Assembly: GCA_964464075.1 (NCBI GenBank)
Contig: CAYXES010000003.1
Location: forward strand, 1-26,738
From: an uncultured Erysipelothrix sp.
GTDB taxonomy: Bacteria > Bacillota_I > Bacilli_A > Erysipelotrichales > Erysipelotrichaceae
Direction of reading: 5' to 3'
Length of the DNA stretch: 26,738 bases
The translations under genes were made by a program, and so were the position numbers. Shown here one piece after another: positions 19,120 through 26,613 of this stretch (its first letter is position 1; every line of letters begins with the position of its first letter). A model generated the notes under the pieces. It was not told the origin of the DNA and searched no databases. It worked only from the letters and a program-made list of their open reading frames with translations.

Positions 19120-20283
19120 ATGTTTAATAAAACTACTTCCGCCCAAATTACTAAGTATTATCAGATTTTTAATGAATTAACCGATGATACCATCTCAACT
19201 TTGAATGTGACAACGAAGAACATTCGTCATCAAAACATTAATCGTTTCTTTCAATTTGATAAGCCTACCTACATAAAATGTACCAAGGGAATCGTGATGA
19301 TGGCCTTAGCGAATGAGGATAATCCCGATCAGATTGACTTTTATGTGGTGCACCGGGTTGTGAAGATTAATAAACGCGTTCTCTATAATTTTGTATCATT
19401 AACCAAATCCAGTACCTTGGTTATTTACAGTGAGCCAGGTACAAAACGCAATATCATCCACTTGGATAAAGAAATCAAGATACCCAAGATTATTCCAACC
19501 TTTTCCATTAATCAAGTTTATGCCTATTACTTACAGGTCAAAGGGTCAGCTTATTTCTTTAGTGGAGAAAAACATAATTATTGGGAATTAACCTATGTGG
19601 ATACGGGTCAATTAAAGACCACCATTAATGGGATTACCCATGAATTGAATGATAAGGATCTCATTATTTATGGGCCCAATCAATTCCATAATCAATTCAT
19701 TGATAATGATCGGGTATGTTCCTATCTAACGGTGATGTTTGAGATGAATCCCGAACATTATTCAACCATAGTCAATCGTAAATTCCATGTGAATCGTCAT
19801 CTGCATCCCATCATGCAAAAGATTATGAAGGCCACCACCAATGAAACCTTACTGGGTGAACAACTCCTTTTAGTTTATCTAAAGGAATTAATTTTAGAAC
19901 TCTATCAGTATGATTATGTGGATGCTCAAATGATTACCACACCCGCTCAACAACGCTTTGAGGATGAGATGCTGAATGAAATCATTGTCTTTATTAATGA
20001 GAATTTATCTGAGCCTTTAACGGTGGAGGCTATCTGTCAGAAATATGCGATTAGTCGCTCTACCTTACAAGCACTCTTTAAGAAGAATATGAATGTAGGG
20101 CCCAAGCATTTCATTAATGAACGCAAGCTCGCTCAAAGCAAGCTCTTAATTAAGGAGAATAAGTATACCTTATCCGAAGTAAGTGAGATGTTGTCTTATA
20201 CCTCCATCCATTATTTCTCAAGGACCTTTAAAAAACGCTTTGGTATCACTCCAAGTGAATATGCCAAATCCATCTATAAATAA
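19120..20283 (+). CDS. AraC-family transcriptional regulator with long N-terminal extension
   Basis: Cupin HNYWELTYVDTG..FH and C-terminal double HTH (ISRSTLQALFKK, YTSIHYFSRTFKKRFGITPSEY); 387 aa. Confidence 0.92.
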   Translation: MFNKTTSAQITKYYQIFNELTDDTISTLNVTTKNIRHQNINRFFQFDKPTYIKCTKGIVMMALANEDNPDQIDFYVVHRVVKINKRVLYNFVSLTKSSTLVIYSEPGTKRNIIHLDKEIKIPKIIPTFSINQVYAYYLQVKGSAYFFSGEKHNYWELTYVDTGQLKTTINGITHELNDKDLIIYGPNQFHNQFIDNDRVCSYLTVMFEMNPEHYSTIVNRKFHVNRHLHPIMQKIMKATTNETLLGEQLLLVYLKELILELYQYDYVDAQMITTPAQQRFEDEMLNEIIVFINENLSEPLTVEAICQKYAISRSTLQALFKKNMNVGPKHFINERKLAQSKLLIKENKYTLSEVSEMLSYTSIHYFSRTFKKRFGITPSEYAKSIYK

Positions 20284-20284
20284 A

Positions 20285-20308
20285 AAAACTCATCGCAAGA
20301 TGAGTTTT
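20285..20308. terminator. bidirectional intrinsic terminator (GCAA tetraloop)
   Basis: AAAACTCATC-GCAA-GATGAGTTTT between convergent araC and agaZ. Confidence 0.88.
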
Positions 20309-21587
20309 AACGTTGAATAGCGTAAATATAATCGTCTAAGAATTCTCCAATGCAATCATAAACAATGTCTTCAAAGGTTGCTTGGATTTCACCTGCGACA
20401 ACTTTACGGTATTGGTTCGGTAGCCATTGGTACAAGACCGGCATCAAGATTTCATTATGATTGATGTTATGACGGAGGGTTTCAATCGCAGCTTCCACTT
20501 GATCATAAGGCAAGTAATAGCGAATCCGATCCGAATAGGAATAAGCACGTTTTAGTTTTTGTGCCTTGTCATCACCCACATAATATTTTTGCCAGTATTT
20601 AGGATCTTCAAGCATGACACTTTCTAATACTTCTCTTAAATTAGAAGGATTATCTAACATGAGTTCACTTTCAATCTGTGCTAAAGCAAAGAGAGCTTGA
20701 CGATAACCAAAGGTTAGACCTGGACCAACTTTTAGAATGGCGATATCATCATCGACCATTTGACGTAAACCTTCTTTGGTTTGATAGTCGGTACTGTGTC
20801 CTTCAAAGACTAAACTATCATAAGCAGCTTTTGCTGCAACTAAGTTTTGAGCTTTTTCACTGTTGTAGTGGAAGACTTGGTTATCTCCAAATTCAACGCC
20901 CGGTTGAACCACAATCCCAACGACATCATCCCAGTTTTCAGCCGGTAAGGTTGATTTAAAGACATTGACTTGATGATTGAAATCATCAACTTGGGTAACT
21001 TCTAAGGTATCGACCTCTTCTTGTTCACCACCTGGAATTGGTACTTCACTACCAACGATAAAACTTGGTTTAATGGCTTGGGGGTCTTGCTGTTTCAAAT
21101 CCGCATAGGCCTTATTCGCGACTTCCATTAAGATGGCAGCCCGCTTCGCAACCACTTCGACTGGAAGGGGAGCGTGAGGGTCATCACTGGAAATCTTCAT
21201 TGAAGTATCAATATGGATTTTAGTAAAACCCGCAAAGACATATTGGTAAATAAGTTCTTTCGCCTTTTCCATCGCGGTTGCTTCATCATGATTAATAAAG
21301 GTTAAAGGACCTAAATGGTCGCCTCCTAAGATAATCTTATTAAAGTCATAGCCCATTTCATCACATAGGTCTTTTACCATATTTTTAAAATCAATGGGTT
21401 TCATACCGGTATAACCACCATATTGATCCACCTGATTAGCTGTGGCTTCAATCACTAAGGGAGTATCGGTTGTTTTTGCTTTTTTAATACAAGCCTTTAA
21501 GACCATGGGATTAGCCGTACAGGCACTGTAGACACCTTTGATATTGGATTGATGTCGATTTTTTAAGAGTTGTTTTAAGGGATTCAT
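20307..21587 (-). CDS. agaZ: GatZ/KbaZ(AgaZ)-family protein (tagatose-6P 4-epimerase / aldolase non-catalytic subunit)
   Basis: SACTAN, IEATANQVDQYGGYTGM, LGGDHLGP, HIDTSM, GSEVPIPGG, VVQPGVEF, FEGHSTDYQ, LKVGPGLTF, YSYSDRIRYY. Confidence 0.92.
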   Translation of the reverse strand: MNPLKQLLKNRHQSNIKGVYSACTANPMVLKACIKKAKTTDTPLVIEATANQVDQYGGYTGMKPIDFKNMVKDLCDEMGYDFNKIILGGDHLGPLTFINHDEATAMEKAKELIYQYVFAGFTKIHIDTSMKISSDDPHAPLPVEVVAKRAAILMEVANKAYADLKQQDPQAIKPSFIVGSEVPIPGGEQEEVDTLEVTQVDDFNHQVNVFKSTLPAENWDDVVGIVVQPGVEFGDNQVFHYNSEKAQNLVAAKAAYDSLVFEGHSTDYQTKEGLRQMVDDDIAILKVGPGLTFGYRQALFALAQIESELMLDNPSNLREVLESVMLEDPKYWQKYYVGDDKAQKLKRAYSYSDRIRYYLPYDQVEAAIETLRHNINHNEILMPVLYQWLPNQYRKVVAGEIQATFEDIVYDCIGEFLDDYIYAIQR

Positions 21588-21871
21588 TTTTCCTCCTTTG
21601 AGAGCACTTCACTGATAGAGTAACGTGAGATATCAAGATGGGCTCCCCGCTTAACTTCCACGGTAATAATGTCATCCTTGATTTCAATGACTTTACCATA
21701 GATACCACCCGCAAATAAAATACGTTTACCAACTTGGATATCTTGGTGTAATTGAACAAGATAAGCTTTACGCTTTTTCACCATGGAAAAGCTATATAAA
21801 TAGTAGACTACAATAACAATTAGAAATAAACCTGCCATCACAATGGATGACGCTAAAATTTGTTCCCACAT
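21584..21871 (-). CDS. YajC-family small membrane protein
   Basis: One N-terminal TM, then L..G..I...GGIYGKV..I.DD.I.VEV YajC-like pattern. Confidence 0.78.
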   Translation of the reverse strand: MWEQILASSIVMAGLFLIVIVVYYLYSFSMVKKRKAYLVQLHQDIQVGKRILFAGGIYGKVIEIKDDIITVEVKRGAHLDISRYSISEVLSKEEK

Positions 21872-21883
21872 AGTGCTGCTCCT

Positions 21884-22321
21884 TTAAATTCCATCTTCGC
21901 TATCGAAGTCATCTTGGGTAGGTGCTTCATAGACAAAACGTAGAATTTGTTCTTTACCGGTGTTCACAACTTGGTCGGCTAAGCCTACAACATCACTTTC
22001 AAATTGTCTCATCATATTTAATTCAATTAAAAGTGGTAGATTAGCGCCCGCAAGCACTTCAATGTTTTCATAATTGCTGGCGACGATACAGGCAGACTTA
22101 AAGGGTGAACCACCCGCTAAGTCAGTTGCGAAGATGATTCCATCGCAGGTTTGATTTAAGTCTTCAATCGCATTCACCATCGCTGCTTCGAGCGTCTCAG
22201 TGGTTGCGCCTTCAATAAAATCCAAGGCATAAAAATGGGTTGGTTTCCCCCCAATGAGGGTCAAGGAACTTTCTAGACCTGTTGCAAAGTGTCCATGACC
22301 AGAAATAATTAATCCTATCAT
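21884..22321 (-). CDS. agaF: PTS mannose-family EIIA, AgaF-like
   Basis: IISGHG (phospho-His), DLAGGSPF, GANLPLLIE. Confidence 0.88.
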   Translation of the reverse strand: MIGLIISGHGHFATGLESSLTLIGGKPTHFYALDFIEGATTETLEAAMVNAIEDLNQTCDGIIFATDLAGGSPFKSACIVASNYENIEVLAGANLPLLIELNMMRQFESDVVGLADQVVNTGKEQILRFVYEAPTQDDFDSEDGI

Positions 22322-23487
22322 GATTGACCTCCATGTCCGTATAAGGTTACCCCTTTAACCACTCTATTTACACTTCCACTTGGATCGGGATTATCAGGGG
22401 TCCGATCTAAGGCTAATGATTTAAATAAGCTCAGCGTTTGTGCCAAACTTACATAAGCTAACGTCACAAGATTATCATGAAGTGACTTGGCTTCTTGGTA
22501 GATAACCTTTAAATGATCAAAGTCATAATCTGAAGCATTCTTTAGGGTATCAACAATTAGAATTTGACCCTTATTTTCTTCTTGACTCATTTCAGTAATT
22601 AAATCAATTTCATAACGACGTACTTCTGGTTTGGTGGATAAGTACATCACACTTAAGGTTTTAGCATTTAAGAATGATTTCGGACCATGTCTAAAGCCTA
22701 AGAAGGTGTTAAAGAGACTGGCGGTCTCACCACCGGTTAATTCTAAAAGCTTTAGGGCTGATTCTTGCGCAATTCCTTTGTGGGTATGGCTACCGAGGTA
22801 GACAATGCGCTCAAAATCAAATTGATCCATTTGTTGTTTCAAGACTTGGTAACCTTCATTTAAGAATGCTTCCACCGCAAGGCTGAGAGTTTCAACATCA
22901 TTACTGGTGATTGAAGAATCAAGCAGTAATAAAGCCATCAGATACATATTGGTGAAGCTAGAAGTCATCGCAAAACCAATATCATGGGTTTCTGGTGTTA
23001 ATTCAATGGATAAGATATTATCATGATGATTCGCAAGATCAGCGAGCTTACCATTGGCATTACAAGTAATAAAGATGTGCTTAATATCAGTGCAGTGGTT
23101 TTCGACCTCAAGAAAAGCCCCAATGGATTCGGGTGAGTTACCAGAACGTCCAAAAGACACCATAATGGTTGGTGCATCTTTATCCAAACAAGCTGCGACA
23201 TCAGTAAGTAAATCAGTCGTTGGAATGGATTGTAGGTTAGCCTTAACTTTAGTTTTCAAATTACCCATGAGGGTATTCCCCACAAACTCAGAGGAACCCG
23301 CACCACTAAAGACAATGTTGGCTAGGGGATTATTGATATAATCCTTGATAAATGCTTGATATTTTTCTTGGTTGGCATCATATTGTTGTTTGGTTTTACG
23401 CCATGTGGATGGCTGATGATTTATTTCTCTTGCGGTTTCATACGCATCGAGTTGCTTTAAAGTTTCTTTTGATAAATTAAAATACAT
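22318..23487 (-). CDS. agaS: SIS-domain galactosamine-6P deaminase/isomerase AgaS
   Basis: REINHQP, SGAGSSEFVG, SFGRSGNSPES, FAMTSSFT, ESALKLLELT, GFRHGPKS, PDNP.PSG.VNRVVKGV; start ATG 23487 with SD AAGGGA. Confidence 0.92.
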   Translation of the reverse strand: MYFNLSKETLKQLDAYETAREINHQPSTWRKTKQQYDANQEKYQAFIKDYINNPLANIVFSGAGSSEFVGNTLMGNLKTKVKANLQSIPTTDLLTDVAACLDKDAPTIMVSFGRSGNSPESIGAFLEVENHCTDIKHIFITCNANGKLADLANHHDNILSIELTPETHDIGFAMTSSFTNMYLMALLLLDSSITSNDVETLSLAVEAFLNEGYQVLKQQMDQFDFERIVYLGSHTHKGIAQESALKLLELTGGETASLFNTFLGFRHGPKSFLNAKTLSVMYLSTKPEVRRYEIDLITEMSQEENKGQILIVDTLKNASDYDFDHLKVIYQEAKSLHDNLVTLAYVSLAQTLSLFKSLALDRTPDNPDPSGSVNRVVKGVTLYGHGGQS

Positions 23488-23514
23488 ACTATCCCTTCTT
23501 TCTATGTCACTTTT

Positions 23515-23566
23515 ATTATAAGGCATTAAACTTGTGATAAGGTTGTTAGTTTTGTGTTAGTGTTTG
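23515..23566 (-). promoter_or_regulatory. agaS operon promoter with putative activator site
   Basis: TATAAT at 23515-23520 (minus), weak -35, motif TGTGTTAGTGTTTG at 23553-23566 shared with the agaV promoter. Confidence 0.5.
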
Positions 23567-23641
23567 CATTTATTAACGAATGTTAAATTTAGAATACACA
23601 AAATTAAAAAACTCACTATAATAAAAGGTGAGGTGTTACTT

Positions 23642-24157
23642 ATGAAAAAAAGAGATTTACGCCATATTAATTTATATGAAGATAAAAAAGGACAAACAAT
23701 TTTATATGATCCTAAGAAAAAAGAAGGCTATATCGTTCCTGCTGATGATGTTGGTAAGTTGGCCGCACTACAATACCGTTGGTATGTGGTTTTAGCGGTT
23801 GGGATTTTAGCTCATTTATTATTTAATTTGAAATGGTGGTTAAGTTTAGCCATTGTGGTAGTCGTGTTTATCTTAGGTGAGTATACCTATCGTGTTGGGA
23901 TGCTTAAGAAATATGATCGGATTCAAAACTATACACCAGCAAACATTTTGGATAAGTCCATTGAGGCTTACAAACAAGATAAGAAGGCGATGCTAAGTCG
24001 GATTGCTTTGTATTCAGCTCTAGGAGCCTTAGCGTTTCTATCAACCCAGGGACAATCCATTAAAATGGTTGAAACTCAAATTATGTATTTGGTAGGAGCT
24101 TTTGCCTTATTAAATGCTGGCTATCATCTTTACATTTATCTAAAAAGAAATAAATAA
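23642..24157 (+). CDS. hypothetical membrane protein (about 4 TM segments)
   Basis: Hydrophobic segments; SD AGGTGAGG before ATG 23642; TATAAT at 23617-23622. Confidence 0.75.
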   Translation: MKKRDLRHINLYEDKKGQTILYDPKKKEGYIVPADDVGKLAALQYRWYVVLAVGILAHLLFNLKWWLSLAIVVVVFILGEYTYRVGMLKKYDRIQNYTPANILDKSIEAYKQDKKAMLSRIALYSALGALAFLSTQGQSIKMVETQIMYLVGAFALLNAGYHLYIYLKRNK

Positions 24158-24162
24158 ATAAG

Positions 24163-24190
24163 AGCGATTGATTCATTCAATCGCTTTTTT
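24163..24190 (+). terminator. intrinsic terminator
   Basis: AGCGATTGA-TTCAT-TCAATCGCT followed by a T tract. Confidence 0.82.
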
Positions 24191-24252
24191 CTAGATTGAC
24201 AAGTATGATAGCATGTATTATTTTGGTGATAGTAAAGATTGAGGTGATTAAG

Positions 24253-24771
24253 ATGCGCATCATTGATTTAAGTATGGAGCTTAAGAGTGGGATGGATGTT
24301 TATGAAAGTGATCCCCCAGTAACAATAAATGTAGTTCATGATTATCATACCCATAACTGGCAACTACGCCATCTTAGTATGGGTTCCCATACTGGAACTC
24401 ATGTAGATGCTTTTTCTCACATGCACCAAGGAAAAGCCAATCTCGATCAAATACCGCTAAAACGCTTTTTTGGACCCGCTCAATGTGTGAGTTTAAACCA
24501 AACGTTTCCTAAGGGTCTTGGGCTTTTCTTTATTGAAGCAGTGTCAATCAAACATCTAGATAGGATATTAGAATCCAACCCTGGATTTGTGGGTGGAAAT
24601 ATTAGTGAAAGTCTAGAAAGAGCCTTATTAAAAAATAATATCATTACTTATACGAATCTAATCAATTTGGAATTGCTCCCTAAAAATCAAACCTTCATGT
24701 TTTATGGCTTACCTTTAAAGATTCAAGCGGGGGATGGTTCGCCGGTACGAGCGATTGCGATTATAGATTAA
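24253..24771 (+). CDS. cyclase-family protein (kynurenine formamidase-like metal hydrolase)
   Basis: IIDLS, HTGTHVDAFSH (HxGTHxDxxxH), C-terminal PLKIQAGDGSPVRAIA; SD GAGGTG before ATG 24253; TTGACA at 24196-24201. Confidence 0.88.
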   Translation: MRIIDLSMELKSGMDVYESDPPVTINVVHDYHTHNWQLRHLSMGSHTGTHVDAFSHMHQGKANLDQIPLKRFFGPAQCVSLNQTFPKGLGLFFIEAVSIKHLDRILESNPGFVGGNISESLERALLKNNIITYTNLINLELLPKNQTFMFYGLPLKIQAGDGSPVRAIAIID

Positions 24772-24772
24772 A

Positions 24773-24797
24773 AAAAGACCATTAAGTATGGTCTTTT
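24773..24797. terminator. bidirectional intrinsic terminator
   Basis: AAAAGACCAT-TAAGT-ATGGTCTTTT between the cyclase and tRNA-Leu. Confidence 0.82.
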
Positions 24798-24809
24798 ATT
24801 TGATTAGGA

Positions 24810-24896
24810 TGGTGCCCGAGGACGGACTCGAACCGTCATGATATCTCTATCGGTGGATTTTGAGTCCACTGCGTCTACCAATTCCACCACTCGGGC
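24810..24896 (-). tRNA. tRNA-Leu(CAA)
   Basis: GCCCGAG acceptor, anticodon arm GTGGA-CT-CAA-AA-TCCAC, long variable arm, GGTTCGAGTCC, encoded CCA. Confidence 0.96.
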
Positions 24897-24907
24897 ATTG
24901 CTTTTAT

Positions 24908-24936
24908 ATTTTAAATCAAAAGGATTTGAATTGCAA
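24908..24936 (-). promoter_or_regulatory. tRNA-Leu promoter
   Basis: TTGCAA, 17 nt, TAAAAT on the minus strand. Confidence 0.7.
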
Positions 24937-24984
24937 TCAAAAAGAGGTTGTGGCGAGGGCGAATCCATGCTCAGTAATATAAAT

Positions 24985-25007
24985 AAAAAAACCCATATTT
25001 GGGTTTT
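24985..25007 (-). terminator. tRNA-Ser terminator
   Basis: Minus strand AAAACCCA-AATA-TGGGTTTT plus T tract. Confidence 0.72.
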
Positions 25008-25017
25008 AATCTTTTAA

Positions 25018-25105
25018 TGGCGGAGAGCATGGGATTCGAACCCACGGAAGCTTGCACTTCGCTGCCTTTCCAAGACAGTGCCTTAAACCGCTCGGCCAAC
25101 TCTCC
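25018..25105 (-). tRNA. tRNA-Ser(GGA)
   Basis: GGAGAGT acceptor, anticodon arm CTGTC-TT-GGA-AA-GGCAG, long variable arm, GGTTCGAATCC, G73 and encoded CCA. Confidence 0.95.
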
Positions 25106-25119
25106 AACAGTCAACAAAC

Positions 25120-25148
25120 ATTATACAAAAAAATAAGATGTTTGTCAT
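25120..25148 (-). promoter_or_regulatory. tRNA-Ser promoter
   Basis: ATGACA, 17 nt, TATAAT on the minus strand. Confidence 0.7.
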
Positions 25149-25155
25149 CCACTAT

Positions 25156-25428
25156 TTAAGCTTTATACCAAATGTCTTGGTATTGTGGGGTGGTTTCAAA
25201 TTTATGAACCACATAAGGGCAGACTGGTTTGATCTTGAGTTGGTGGGTTCGCGCATAATCAACAACATGTTCCAACAAGCGAGCTGCAAGTCCTTGATTT
25301 CTTAAGCTAGGATCGGTATTGGTGCTAGTAATGGACATCACCTCATCTTTGATCTTATAACGCATGGAAACGTCCATTTTAGCCTCATCACCCATATAGA
25401 AATACTTTTCATTTTGCTTAATCTTCAT
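25156..25428 (-). CDS. small GNAT acetyltransferase, YjdJ-like
   Basis: DPSLRNQGLAARLL acetyl-CoA motif, KIKPVCPYV. Confidence 0.85.
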   Translation of the reverse strand: MKIKQNEKYFYMGDEAKMDVSMRYKIKDEVMSITSTNTDPSLRNQGLAARLLEHVVDYARTHQLKIKPVCPYVVHKFETTPQYQDIWYKA

Positions 25429-25516
25429 TTTATCTTATCCATCCTTTATAATCTATGTAAGTTTATTGTACAAAAAGTGTGCTTTAAATACCACTTTTGT
25501 GAGCTAGGAGGATCTG

Positions 25517-26047
25517 ATGCGTTTATTTTTAGGAATTGAACTTACAAGTGAAGTCAAAAACCATCTCTTAAATATTCAACATCGTTTAAAACCTTACTTT
25601 TATAGTGGACGTTTAGTACCACTTGAAAGATTACATATGACCTTATTCTTTTTTGGTGAAGTTAATGATGGCCAATTTCATGACTTAGAAGACCTTTTAA
25701 ATGACTTTGATACTTCTAGTTTTGATCTTAACTTTACTAACCTTGATTTCTTTATGAAGCGTAGTGGCAATGTGAGCTATTGTGGGGTGGAAAAGAATCA
25801 AGCTTTATTAGAAGTCTACGAGGCTTTATCAAATCGACTCAAAGAGTCAAAAATTGAGTTTGATCAAAAACGTTTTAATCCTCATATTACGCTAGTACGA
25901 CAAGTGAAACTAAAACATGATGTGGATATTATTTTACCGCATGTAAGTATTGAGCCTATGCCGGTTAAACATTTAACGCTCTTTCAATCTCATCAAGTCG
26001 CTAATCAATTAACCTATACACCACTTTTAAAGATCGATTTGGATTAA
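25517..26047 (+). CDS. thpR: RNA 2',3'-cyclic phosphodiesterase (2H phosphoesterase)
   Basis: MRLFLGI start, two HxT motifs (HMTL, HITL), terminal Y; SD AGGAGG. Confidence 0.9.
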   Translation: MRLFLGIELTSEVKNHLLNIQHRLKPYFYSGRLVPLERLHMTLFFFGEVNDGQFHDLEDLLNDFDTSSFDLNFTNLDFFMKRSGNVSYCGVEKNQALLEVYEALSNRLKESKIEFDQKRFNPHITLVRQVKLKHDVDIILPHVSIEPMPVKHLTLFQSHQVANQLTYTPLLKIDLD

Positions 26048-26050
26048 AAA

Positions 26051-26067
26051 AAGATGCGAGGCATCTT
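26051..26067. terminator. bidirectional intrinsic terminator
   Basis: AAGATGC-GAG-GCATCTT between convergent thpR and the HD gene. Confidence 0.7.
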
Positions 26068-26587
26068 AGGGTATGAATAATAATAAACCAAGTAGGGAAT
26101 AGCTGTAAGCCCAGCGCTTACTTTTTTGTAGGACTTGTTTACCCAGTTCCATCAAGGTCGCACTCTTATCCGCTAAATTAACTAACCAAGCTTCTTTAGA
26201 AGCTGGTTTAACATCAGAGAATGGCCACATATGGCTGAGGATAATATTTTCCATCAATGGGCTTATTTCCATAACTGATTGAGCGTTCGCTAGCGCCATC
26301 TTGGGATGCACATACAAGTGATTGCCTGGTATGGGTTGTTCTACTCGGTGATTGTATAAGAAGAAATCGTGTAATAAAGCAGCAGGAACCATCCCCTCAA
26401 GATCAAGTTTAGAAAAACGGCCTAAACGATAGGCAAAATAAGCGACATTGAGACTATGGTTAAGCCGACTGGTGGATAAATGTTGTTCATAGTTATTTAA
26501 GGAACGAACTTTTTCATGATTTAAAAGCTCATTAATTAGTTGGTTGAAGTCATCATGCTTTAAATAGTTATGCTTTATCTTGCTCAT
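26066..26587 (-). CDS. HD-domain phosphohydrolase
   Basis: H(SLNVA)..LLHDFF..HP..SHMWP..ADK HD signature; SD AGGAG. Confidence 0.88.
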   Translation of the reverse strand: MSKIKHNYLKHDDFNQLINELLNHEKVRSLNNYEQHLSTSRLNHSLNVAYFAYRLGRFSKLDLEGMVPAALLHDFFLYNHRVEQPIPGNHLYVHPKMALANAQSVMEISPLMENIILSHMWPFSDVKPASKEAWLVNLADKSATLMELGKQVLQKSKRWAYSYSLLGLLLFIP

Positions 26588-26613
26588 AGGCTACTCCTAA
26601 ACAATTCTTCGCA

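Noticed and set aside
24810-25105. tRNA genes as integration sites of a mobile element
   Set aside because: No integrase and no direct repeat of either tRNA 3' end in the window; flanking genes are not mobile-element types
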